64,000 bases of DNA. It comes from Eledone cirrhosa. Its lineage: Eukaryota. The position numbers and the translations under genes were made by a program. Each line of letters begins with the position of its first letter. Positions within the stretch are counted from its first letter, which is position 1. The stretch covers positions 340,070,001 through 340,134,000 of the forward strand of contig OZ024741.1 in NCBI GenBank assembly GCA_964016885.1. The letters run 5' to 3'. Below are positions 12,001-24,000 of this stretch, piece after piece. The notes beneath the pieces were generated by a model. That model saw only the letters and a program-made list of their open reading frames with translations, did not search any database and was not told the DNA's origin.

Positions 12001-15000
12001 GTCAGTAGTTGATGTAGTGGTTGTTGTAGTTGTAGTGGTAGTGTCAGTAGTTGATGTAGTGGTTGTTGTAGTTGTAGTGGTAGTGTCAGAAGTTGATGTA
12101 GTGGTTGTTGTAGTTGTAGTGGTAGTGTCAGAAGTTGATGTAGTGGTTGTTGTAGTTGTAGTGGTAGTGTCAGTAGTTGATGTAGTGGTTGTTGTAGTTG
12201 TAGTGGTAGTGTCAGTAGTTGATGTAGTGGTTGTTGTAGTTGTAGTGGTAGTGTCAGTAATTGATGTAGTGGTTGTTGTAGTTGTAGTGGTAGTGTCAGA
12301 AGTTGATGTAGTGGTTGTTGTAGTTGTAGTGGTAGTGTCAGAAGTTGATGTAGTGGTTGTTGTAGTTGTAGTGGTAGTGTCAGTAGTTGATGTAGTGGTT
12401 GTTGTAGTTGTAGTGGTAGTGTCAGTAGTTGATGTAGTGGTTGTTGTAGTTGTAGTGGTAGTGTCAGTAGTTGATGTAGTGGTTGTTGTAGTTGTAGTGG
12501 TAGTGTCAGAAGTTGATGTAGTGGTTGTTGTAGTTGTAGTGGTAGTGTCAGAATTTGATGTAGTGGTTGTTGTAGTTGTAGTGGTAGTGTCAGTAGTTGA
12601 TGTAGTGGTTGTTGTAGTTGTAATGGTAGTGTCAGTAGTTGATGTAGTGGTTGTTGTAGTTGTAGTGGTAGTGTCAGTAATTGATGTAGTGGTTGTTGTA
12701 GTTGTAGTGGTAGTGTCAGAAGTTGATGTAGTGGTTGTTGTAGTTGTAGTGGTAGTGTCAGAAGTTGATGTAGTGGTTGTTGTAGTTGTAGTGGTAGTGT
12801 CAGTAGTTGATGTAGTGGTTGTTGTAGTTGTAGTGGTAGTGTCAGTAGTTGATGTAGTGGTTGTTGTAGTTGTAGTGGTAGTGTCAGTAGTTGATGTAGT
12901 GGTTGTTGTAGTTGTAGTGGTAGTGTCAGTAGTTGATGTAGTGGTTGTTGTAGTTGTAGTGGTAGTGTCAGAAGTTGATGTAGTGGTTGTTGTAGTTGTA
13001 GTGGTAGTGTCAGTAGTTGGTTTAGTGGTTGTTGTAGTTGTAGTGGTAGTGTCAGTAGTTGGTGTAGTGGTTGTTGTAGTTGTAGTGGTAGTGTCAGTAG
13101 TTGATGTAGTGGTTGTTGTAGTTGTAGTGGTAGTGTCAGTAGTTGGTGTAGTGGTTGTTGTAGTTGTAGTGGTAGTGTCAGTAGTTGGTGTAGTGGTTGT
13201 TGTAGTTGTAGTGGTAGTGTCAGTAGTTGATGTAGTGGTTGTTGTAGTTGTAGTGGTAGTGTCAGTAGTTCATGTAGTGGTTGTTGTAGTTGTAGTGGTA
13301 GTGTCAGTAGTTGATGTAGTGGTTGTTGTAGTTGTAGTGGTAGTGTCAGTAGTTGATGTAGTGGTTGTTGTACTTGTAGTGGTAGTTTCGGTAATTGATG
13401 GAGTGGTTGTTGTAGTTGTAGTGGTAGTGTCAGAAGTTGATGTAGAGGTTGTTGTAGTTGTAGTGGTAGTGTCAGTAGTTGATGTAGTGGTTGTTGTAGT
13501 TGTAGTGGTGGTGTCAGTAGTTGATGTAGTGGTTGTTGTAGTTGAGGTGGTAGTGTCAGTAGTTGATGTAGTGGTTGTTGTAGTTGTAGTGGTAGTGTCA
13601 GTAGTTGATGTAGTGGTTGTTGTAGTTGTAGTGGTAGTGTCAGTAGTTGGTGTAGTGGTTGTTGTCGTTGTAGTGGTATTGTCAGTAGTTGATGTAGTGG
13701 TTGTTGTACTTGTAGTGGTAGTGTCGGTAATTGATGTAGTGTTTGTTGTAGTTGTAGTGGTAGTGTCAGAAGTTGATGTAGTGGTTGTTGTAGTTGTAGT
13801 GGTAGTGTCAGTAGTTGATGTAGTGGTTGTTGTAGTTGTAGTGGTGGTGTCAGTAGTTGATGTAGTGGTTGTTGTAGTTGTAGTGGTAGTGTCAGTAGTT
13901 GATGTAGTGGTTGTTGTACTTGTAGTGGTAGTGTCAATAGTTGATGTAGTTGTTGTTGTACTTGTAGTGGTAGTGTCAGAAGTTGATGTAGTGGTTGTTG
14001 TACTTGTAGTGGTAGTGTCAGTAGTGGATGTAGTGGTTGTTGTAGTTGTAGTGGTAGTGTCAGTAGTTGATGTAGTGGTTGTTGTACTTGTAGTGGTAGT
14101 GTCAGTAGTTGATGTAGTGGTTGTTGTAGTTGTAGTGGTAGTGTCAGTTATTGATGTAGTGGTTGTTGTACTTGTAGTGGTAGTGTCAGTAGTTGATGTA
14201 GTGGTTGTTGTAGTTGTAGTGGTAGTGTCAGTAGTTGATGTAGTGGTTGTTGTAGTTGTAGTGGTAGTGTCAGTAGTTGATGTAGTGGTTGTTGTAGTTG
14301 TAGTGGTAGAGTCAGTAGTTGATGTAGTGGTTGTTGTAGTTGTAGTGGTAGTGTCAGTAGTTGATGTAGTGGTTGTTGTAGTTGTAGTGGTAGTGTCAGT
14401 AGTTGATGTAGTGGTTGTTGTATTTGTAGTGGTAGTGTCAGTAGTTGATGTAGTGATTGTTGTAGTTGTAGTGGTAGTGTCAGTAGTTGATGTAGTGGTT
14501 GTTGTAGTTGTAGTGGTAGTGTCAGTAGTTGATGTAGTGGTTGTTGTAGTTGTTGTGGTAGTGTCAGTAGTTGATGTAGTGGTTGCTGTAGTTGTAGTGG
14601 TAGTGTCAGTAGTTGATGTAGTGGTTGTTGTAGTTGTAGTGGTAGTGTCAGTAGTTGTAGTGGTTGTTGTAGTTGTAGTGGTAGTGTCAGTAGTTGATGT
14701 AGTGGTTGTTGTAGTTGTAGTGGTAGTGTCAGTAGTTGATGTAGTGATTGTTGTAGTTGTAGTGGTAGTGTCAGTAGTTGATGTAGTGGTTGTTGTAGTT
14801 GTAGTGGTAGTGTCAGAAGTTGATGTAGTGGTTGTTGTAGTTGTAGTGGTAGTGTCAGTAGTTGATGTAGTGGTTGTTGTAGTTGTAATGGTAGTGTCAG
14901 TAGTTGATGTAGTGGTTGTTGTAGTTGTAGTGGCAGTGTCAGTAGTTGATGTAGTGGTTGTTGTAGTTGTAGTGGTAGTGTCAGTAGTTGATGTAGTGGT

Positions 15001-18000
15001 TGTTGTAGTTGTAGTGGTAGTGTCAGTAGTTGATGTAGTTGTTGTTGTAGTTGTAGTGGTAGTGTCAGTAATTGATGTAGTGGTTGTTGTAGTTGTAGTG
15101 GTAGTGTCAGAAGTTGATGTAGTGGTTGTTGTAGTTGTAGTGGTAGTGTCAGAAGTTGATGTAGTGGTTGTTGTAGTTGTAGTGGTAGTGTCAGTAGTTG
15201 ATGTAGTGGTTGTTGTAGTTGTAGTGGTAGTGTCAGTAGTTGATGTAGTGGTTGTTGTAGTTGTAGTGGTAGTGTCAGAAGTTGATGTAGTGGTTGTTGT
15301 AGTTGTAGTGTTAGTGTCAGTAGTTGATGTAGTGGTTGTTGTAGTTGTAGTGGTAGTGTCAGTAGTTGATGTAGTGGTTGTTGTAGTTGTTGTGGTAGTG
15401 TCAGTAGTTGATGTAGTGGTTGTTGTAGTTGTAGTGGTAGTGTCAGTAGTTGATGTAGTGGTTGTTGTAGTTGTAGTGGTAGTATCAGAAGTTGATGTAG
15501 TGGTTGTTGTAGTTGTAGTGGTAGTGTCAGTAGTTGATGTAGTGGTTGTTGTAGTTGTAGTGGTAGTATCAGAAGTTGATGTAGTGGTTGTTGTAGTTGT
15601 AGTGGTAGTGTCAGAAGTTGATGTAGTGGTTGTTGTAGTTGTAGTGGTAGTGTCAGTAGTTGATGTAGTGGTTGTTGTAGTTGTAGTGGTAGTGTCAGTA
15701 GTTGATGTAGTGGTTGTTGTAGTTATAGTGGTAGTGTCAGAAGTTGATGTAGTGGTTGTTGTAGTTGTAGTGCTAGTGTCAGTAGTTGATGTAGTGGTTG
15801 TTGTAGTTGTAGTGGTAGTGTCAGAAGTTGATGTAGTGGTTGTTGTAGTTGTAGTGGTAGTGTCAGTAGTTGATGTAGTGGTTGTTGTAGTTGTAGTGGT
15901 AGTGTCAGTAGTTGATGTAGTGGTTGTTGTAGTTGTAGTGGTAGTGTCAGTAGTTGATGTAGTGGTTGTTGTAGTTGTAGTGGTAGTGTCAGAAGTTGAT
16001 GTAGTGGTTGTTGTAGTTGTAGTGTTAGTGTCAGAAGTTGATGTAGTGGTTTATGTAGTTGTAGTGGTAGTGTCAGTAGTTGATGTAGTGGTTGTTGTAG
16101 TTGTAGTGGTAGTGTCAGTAGTTGATGTAGTGCTTGTTGTAGTTGTAGTGGTAGTGTCAGTAATTGATGTAGTGGTTGTTGTAGTTGTAGTGGTAGTGTC
16201 AGAAGTTGATGTAGTGGTTGTTGTAGTTGTAGTGGTAGTGTCAGAAGTTGATGTAGTGGTTGTTGTAGTTGTAGTCGTAGTGTCAGAAGTTGATGTAGTG
16301 GTTGTTGTAGTTGTAGTGGTAGTGTCAGTAGTTGATGTAGTGGTTGTTGTAGTTGTAGTGGTAGTGTCAGTAGTTGATGTAGTGTTTGTTGTAGTTGTAG
16401 TGGTAGTGTCAGTAGTTGATGTAGTGGTTGTTGTAGTTGTAGTGGTAGTGTCAGAAGTTGATGTAGTGGTTGTTGTAGTTGTAGTGGTAGTGTCAGTAGT
16501 TGATGTAGTGGTTGTTGTAGTTGTAGTGGTAGTGTCAGTAATTGATGTAGTGGCTGTTGTAGTTGTAGTGGTAGTGTCAGAAGTTGATGTAGTGGTTGTT
16601 GTAGTTGTAGTGGTAGTGTCAGAAGTTGATGTAGTGGTTGTTGTAGTTGTAGTGGTAGTGTCAGTAGTTGATGTAGTGGTTGTTGTATTTGTAGTGGTAG
16701 TGTCAGTAGTTGATGTAGTGGTTGTTGTAGTTGTAGTGGTAGTGTCAGTAGTTGATGTAGTGGTTGTTGTAGTTGTAGTGGTAGTGTCAGTAGTTGATGT
16801 AGTGGTTGTTGTAGTTGTAGTGGTAGTGTCAGTAGTTGGTGTAGTGGTTGTTGTAGTTGTAGTGGTAGTGTCAGTAGCAGTAGTTGATGTAGTGGTTGTT
16901 GTAGTTGTAGTGGTAGTGTCAGTAGTTGGTGTAGTGGTTGTTGTAGTTGTAGTGGTAGTGTCAGTAGTTGGTGTAGTGGTTGTTTTAGTTGTAGTGGTAG
17001 TGTCAGTAGTTGATGTAGTGGTTGTTGTAGTTGTAGTGGTAGTGTCAGTAGTTCATGTAGTGGTTGTTGTAGTTGTAGTGGTAGTGTCAGTAGTTGATGT
17101 AGTGGTTGTTGTAGTTGTAGTGGTAGTGTCAGTAGTTGATGTAGTGGTTGTTGTACTTGTAGTGGTAGTGTCGGTAATTGATGTAGTGGTTGTTGTAGTT
17201 GTAGTGGTAGTGTCAGAAGTTGATGTAGTGGTTGTTGTAGTTGTAGTGGTAGTGTCAGTAGTTGATGTAGTGGTTGTTGTAGTTGTAGTGGTAGTGTCAG
17301 TAATTGATGTAGTGGTTGTTGTAGTGGTAGTGTCAGTAATTGATGTAGTGGTTGTTGTAGTTGTAGTGGTAGTGTCAGTAGTTGATGTAGTGGTTGTTGT
17401 AGTTGTAGTGGTAGTGTCAGTAGTTGATGTAGTGGTTGTTGTAGTTGTAGTGGTGGTGTCAGTAGTTGATGTAGTGGTTGTTGTAGTTGTAGTGGTAGAG
17501 TCAGTAGTTGATGTAGTGGTTGTTGTAGTTGTAGTGGTAGTGTCAGTAGTTGATGTAGTGGTTGTTGTAGTTGTAGTGGTAGTGTCAGTAGTTGATGTAG
17601 TGGTTGTTGTAGTTGTAGTGGTAGTGTCAGTAGTTGATGTAGTGGTTGTTGTAGTTGTAGTGGTAGGGTCAGTAGTTGATGTAGTGGTTGTTGTAGTTGT
17701 AGTGGTAGTGTCAGTAGTTGATGTAGTGGTTGTTGTAGTTGTAGTGGTAGTGTCAGTAGTTGATGTAGTGGTTGTTGTAGTTGTAATGCTAGTGTCAGTA
17801 GTTGATGTAGTGGTTGTTGTACTTGTAGTGGTAGTGTCAGTAGCTGATGTAGTGGTTGTTGTAGTTGTAGTGGTAGTGTCAGTAGTTGATGTAGTGGTTG
17901 TTGTAGTTGTAGTGGTAGTGTCAGTAGTTGATGTAGTGGTTGTTGTAGTTGTAGTGGTAGTGTCTGTAGTTGATGTAGTGGTTGTTGTAGTTGTAGTGGT

Positions 18001-21000
18001 AGTGTCAGTAGTTGATGTAGTGGTTGTTGTACTTGTAGTGGTAGTGTCAGTAGTTGATGTAGTGGTTGTTGTAGTTGTAGTGGTAGAGTCAGTAGTTGTA
18101 GTGGTTGTTGTAGTTGTAGTGGTAATGTCAGTAGTTGATGTAGTGGTTGTTGTAGTTGTAGTGGTAGTGTCAGTAGTTGATGTAGTGATTGTTGTATTTG
18201 TAGTAGTAGTGTCAGTAGTTGATGTAGTGGTTGTTGTAGTTGTAGTGGTAGTGTCAGAAGTTGATGTAGTGGTTGTTGTAGTTGTAGTGATAGTGTCAGT
18301 AGTTGATGTAGTGGTTGTTGTAGTTGTAGTGGTAGTGTCAGTAGTTGATGTAGTGGTTGTTGTAGTTGTAGTGTTAGTGTCAGTAGTTGATGTAGTGGTT
18401 GTTGTAGTTGTTGTGGTAGTGTCAGTAGTTGATGTAGTGGTTGCTGTAGTTGTAGTGGTAGTGTCAGTAGTTGATGTAGTGCTTGTTGTAGTTGTAGTGG
18501 TAGTGTCAGTAGTTGATGTAGTGGTTGTTGTAGTTGTAGTGGTAGTGTCAGTAGTTGATGTAGTTGTTGTTGTAGTTGTAGTGGTAGTGTCAGTAGTTGA
18601 TGTAGTGGTTGTTGTAGTTGTAGTGGTAGTATCAGTAGTTGATGTAGTGGTTGTTGTAGTTGTAGTGGTAGTGTCAGTAGTTGATGTAGTGGTTGTTGTA
18701 GTTGTAGTGGTAGTGTCAGTAGTTGATGTAGTGGTTGTTGTAGTTGTAGTGGTAGTGTCAGTAGTTGATGTAGTGGTTGTTGTACTTGTAATGCTAGTGT
18801 CAGTAGTTGATGTAGTGGTTGTTGTACTTGTAGTGGTAGTGTCAGTAGTTGATGTAGTGGTTGTTGTAGTTGTAGTGGTAGTGTCAGTAGTTTATGTAGT
18901 GGTTGTTGTAGTTGTAGTGGTAGTGTCAGTAGTTGATGTAGTGGTTGTTGTAGTTGTAGTGGTAGTGTCAGTAGTTGATGTAGTGGTTGTTGTACTTGTA
19001 CTGGTAGTGTCAGTAGTTGATGTAGTGGTTGTTGTAGTTGTAGTGGTAGTGTCAGTAGTTGTAGTGGTTGTTGTAGTTGTAGTGGTAGTGTCAGTAGTTG
19101 ATGTAGTGGTTGTTGTAGTTGTAGTGGTAGTGTCAGTAGTTGATGTAGTGGTTGTTGTAGTTGTAGTGGTAGTGTCAGAAGTTGATGTAGTGGTTGTTGT
19201 AGTTGTAGTGATAGTGTCAGTAGTTGATGTAGTGGTTGTTGTAGTTGTAGTGGTAGTGTCAGTAGTTGATGTAGTGGTTGTTGTAGTTGTAGTGGTAGTG
19301 TCAGTAGTTGATGTAGTGGTTGTTGTAGTTGTTGTGGTAGTGTCAGTAGTTGATGTAGTGGTTGCTGTAGTTGTAGTGGTAGTGTCAGTAGTTGATGTAG
19401 TGGTTGTTGTAATTGTAGTGGTAGTGTCAGTAGTTGATGTAGTGGTTGTTGTAGTTGTAGTGGTAGTATCAGTAGTTGATGTAGTGGTTGTTGTAGTTGT
19501 AGTGGTAGTGTCAGTAGTTGATGTAATGGTTGTTGTAGTTGTTGTGGTAGTGTCAGTAGTTGATGTAGTGGTTGTTGTAGTTGTAGTGGTAGTGTCAGTA
19601 GTTGATGTAGTGGTTGTTGTAGTTGTTGTGGTAGTGTCAGTAGTTGATGTAGTGATTGTTGTAGTTGTAGTGGTAGTGTCAGTAGTTGATGTAGTGGTTG
19701 TTGTAGTTGTAGTGGTAGTGTCAGTAGTTGATGTAGTGGTTGTTGTAGTTGTTGTGGTAGTGTCAGTAGTTGATGTAGTGGTTGCTGTAGTTGTAGTGGT
19801 AGTGTCAGTAGTTGATGTAGTGGTTGTTGTAGTTGTAGTGGTAGTGTCAGTAGTTGTAGTGGTTGTTGTAGTTGTAGTGGTGGTGTCAGTAGTTGATGTA
19901 GTGGTTGTTGTACTTGTAGTGGTAGTGTCAGTAGTTGATGTAGTGGTTGTTGTAGTTGTAGTGGTAGTGTCAGTAGTTGATGTAGTGGTTGTTGTAGTTG
20001 TAGTGGTAGTGTCAGTAGTTGATGTAGTGGTTGTTGTACTTGTAGTGGTAGTGTCAGTAGTTGATGTAGTGGTTGTTGTAGTTGTTGTGGTAGTGTCAGT
20101 AGTTGATGTAGTGGTTGTTGTACTTGTAGTGGTAGTGTCAGTAGTTGATGTAGTGGTTGTTGTAGTTGTAGTGGTAGTGTCAGTAGTTGTAGTGGTTGTT
20201 GTAGTTGTAGTGGTAGTGTCAGTAGTTGATGTAGTGGTTGTTGTAGTTGTAGTGGTAGTGTCAGTAGTTGATGTAGTGATTGTTGTAGTTGTAGTGGTAG
20301 TGTCAGAAGTTGATGTAGTGGTTGTTGTAGTTGTAGTGATAGTGTCAGTAGTTGATGTAGTGGATGTTGTAGTTGTAGTGGTAGTGTCAGTAGTTGATGT
20401 AGTGGTTGTTGTAGTTGTAGTGGTAGTGTCAGAAGTTGATGTAGTGGTTGTTGTAGTTGTAGTGGTAGTGTCAGTAGTTGATGTAGTGGTTGCTGTAGTT
20501 GTAGTGGTAGTGTCAGTAGTTGATGTAGTGGTTGTTGTAGTTGTAGTGGTAGTGTCAGAAGTTGATGTAGCGGTTGTTGTAGTTGTAGTGGTAGTGTCAG
20601 AAGTAGATGTATTGGTTGTTGTAGTTGTAGTGGTAGTGTCAGAAGTTGATGTAGTAGTTGTTGTAGTTGTAGTGGTAGTGTCAGAAGTTGTTATAGTTGT
20701 AGTGGTAGTGTCAGAAGTTGATGTAGTGGTTGTTGTAGTTGTAGTGGTAGTGTCAGTAGTTGATTTAGTGGTTGTTGTAGTTGTAGTGGTAGTGTCAGTA
20801 GTTGATGTAGTGGTTGTTGTACTTGTAGTGGTAGTGTCAGTAGTTGATGTAGTGATTGTTGTAGTTGTAGTGGTAGTGTCAGTAGTTGATGTAGTGGTTG
20901 TTGTAGTTGTAGTGGTAGTGTCAGAAGTTGATGTAGTGGTTGTTGTAGTTGTAGTGGTAGTGTCAGTAGTTGATGTAGTGGTTGTTGTAGTTGTAGTGGT

Positions 21001-24000
21001 AGTGTCAGAAGTTGATGTAGTGGTTGTTGTAGTTGTAGTGGTAGTATCAGTAGTTGATGTAGTGGTTGTTGTAGTTGTAGTGGTAGTGTCAGTAGTTGAT
21101 GTAGTGGTTGTTGTAGTTGTAGTGGTAGTGTCAGTAGTTGATGTAGTGGTTGTTGTAGTTGTAGTGGTAGTGTCAGTAGTTGATGTAGTGGTTGTTGTAG
21201 TTGTAGTGGTAGTGTCAGTAGTTGATGTAGTGGTTGTTGTAGTTGTAGTGGTAGTGTCAGTAATTGATGTAGTGGTTGTTGTAGTTGTAGTGGTAGTGTC
21301 AGAAGTTGATGTAGTGGTTGTTGTAGTTGTAGTGGTAGTGTCAGAAGTTGATGTAGTGGTTGTTGTAGTTGTAGTGGTAGTGTCAGTAGTTGATGTAGTG
21401 GTTGTTGTAGTTGTAGTGGTAGTGTCAATAGTTGATGTAGTGGTTGTTGTAGTTGTAGTGGTAGTGTCAGAAGTTTATGTAGTGGTTGTTGTAGTTGTAG
21501 TGATAGTGTCAGTAGTTGATGTAGTGGTTGTTGTAGTTGTAGTGGTAGTGTCAGTAGTTGATGTAGTGGTTGTTGTAGTTGTGGTGGTAGTGTCAGTAAT
21601 TGATGTAGTGGTTGTTGTAGTTGTAGTGGTAGTGTCAGTAGTTGATGTAGTGGTTGTTGTAGTTGTAGTGGTAGTGTCAGAAGTTGATGTAGTGGTTGTT
21701 GTAGTTGTGGTGGTAGTGTCAGAAGTTGATGTAGTGGTTGTTGTAGTTGTAGTGGTAGTGTCAGTAGTTGATGTAGTGGTTGTTGTAGTTGTAGTGGTAG
21801 TGTCAGTAGTTGATGTAGTGGTTGTTGTAGTTATAGTGGTAGTGTCAGTAGTTGATGTAGTGGTTGTTGTAGTTGTAGTGGTAGTGTCAGTAGTTGATGT
21901 AGTGGTTGTTGTAGTTGTAGTGGTAGTGTCAGTAGTTGATGTAGTGGTTGTTGTAGTTGTAGTGGTAGTGTCAGAAGTTGATGTAGTGGTTGTTGTAGTT
22001 GTAGTGGTAGTGTCAGAAGTTGATGTAGTGGTTGTTGTAGTTGTAGTGGTAGTGTCAGTAGTTGATGTAGTGGTTGTTGTAGTTGTAGTGGTAGTGTCAG
22101 TAGTTGATGTAGTGGTTGTTGTAGTTATAGTGGTAGTGTCAGAAGTTGATGTAGTGGTTGTTGTAGTTGTAGTACTAGTGTCAGTAGTTGATGTAGTGGT
22201 TGCTGTAGTTGTAGTGGTAGTGTCAGAAGATGATGTAGTGGTTGTTGTAGTTGTAGTGGTAGTGTCAGTAGTTGATGTAGTGGTTGTTGTAGTTGTAGTG
22301 GTAGTGTCAGTAGTTGGTGTAGTGGTTGTTGTAGTTGTAGTGGTAGTGTCAGAAGTTGATGTAGTGGTTGTCGTAGTTGTAGTGGTAGTGTCAGTAGTTG
22401 ATGTAGTGGTTGTTGTAGTTGTAGTGCTAGTGTCAGTAGTTGGTGTAGTGGTTGTTGTAGTTGTAGTGGTAGTGTCAGAAGTTGATGTAGTGGTTGTTGT
22501 AGTTGTAGTGGTAGTGTCAGAAGTTGATGTAGTGGTTGTTGTAGTTGTAGTGGTAGTGTCAGTAGTTGATGTAGTGGTTGTTGTAGTTGTAGTGGTAGTG
22601 TCAGTAGTTGATGTAGTGGTTGTTGTAGTTGTAGTGGTAGTGTCAGAAGTTGATGTAGTGGTTGTTGTAGTTGTAGTGGTTGGTGTCAGTAGTTGATGTA
22701 GTGGTTGTTGTAGTTTCAGTGGTAGAGTCAGTAGTTGATGTAGTGGTTGTTGTAGTTGTTGTGGTAGTGTCAGTAGTTGATGTAGTGGTTGTTGTAGTTG
22801 TAGTGGTAGTGTCGGTAGTTGATGTAGTGGTTGTAGTGGTAGTGTCAGTAGTTGATGTAGTGGTTGTTGTAGTTGTAGTGGTAGTGTCAGTAATTGATGT
22901 AGTGGTTGTTGTAGTTGTAGTGGTAGTGTCAGTAGTTCATGTAGTGGTTGTTGTAGTTGTAGTGGTAGTGTCAGAAGTTGATGTAGTGGTTGTTGTAGTT
23001 GTAGTGGTAGTGTCAGAAGTTGATGTAGTGGTTGTTGTAGTTGTAGTGGTAGTGTCAGTAGTTGATGTAGTGGTTGTTGTAGTTGTAGTGGTAGTGTCAG
23101 TAGTTGATGTAGTGGTTGTTGTAGTTGTAGTGGTAGTGTCAGAAGTTGATGTAATGGTTGTTGTAGTTGTAGTGTTAGTGTCAGAAGTTGATGTAGTGGT
23201 TGTTGTAGTTGTAGTGGTAGTGTCAGTAGTTGATGTAGTGGTTGTTGTAGTTGTAGTGGTAGTGTCAGTAGTTGATGTAGTGGTTGTTGTAGTTGTAGTG
23301 GTAGTGTCAGTAGTTGATGTAGTGGTTGTTGTAGTTGTAGTGGTAGTGTCAGTAGTTGATGTAGTGGTTGTTGTAGTTGTAGTGCTAGTGTCAGTAGTTG
23401 ATGTAGTGGTTGTTGTAGTTGTAGTGGTAGTGTCAGAAGTTGATGTAGTGGTTGTTGTAGTTGTAGTGGTAGTGTCAGTAGTTGATGTAGTGGTTGTTGT
23501 AGTTGTAGTGGTAGTGTCAGTAGTTGATGTAGTGGTTGTTGTAGTTGTAGTGGTAGTGTCAGTAGTTGATGTAGTGGTTGTTGTAGTTGTAGTGGTAGTG
23601 TCAGTAGTTGGTGTAGTGGTTGTTGTAGTTGTAGTGCTAGTGTCAGTAGTTGATGTAGTGGTTGTTGTAGTTGTAGTGGTAGTGTCAGTAGTTGATGTAG
23701 TGGTTGTTGTAGTTGTAGTGGTAGTGTCAGTAGTTGATGTAGTGGTTGTTGTAGTTGTAGTGCTAGTGGCAGAAGTTGATGTAGTGGTTGTCGTAGTTGT
23801 AGTGGTAGTGTCAGTAGTTGATGTAGTGGTTGTTGTAGTTGTAGTGGTAGTGTCAGTAGTTGATGAAGTGGTTGTTGTAGTTGTAGTGGTAGTGTCAGTA
23901 GTTGATGTAGTGGTTGTCGTAGTTGTAGTGGTAGTGTCAGAAGTTGATGTAGTGGTTGTTGTAGTTGTAGTGGTAGTGTCAGAAGTTGATGTAGTGGTTG

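Noticed and set aside
2267-22939. In-frame TGA codons as selenocysteine or programmed readthrough
   Set aside because: TAA stops occur at the same Ser codon, so simple point mutation explains both. No SECIS is visible in the window.
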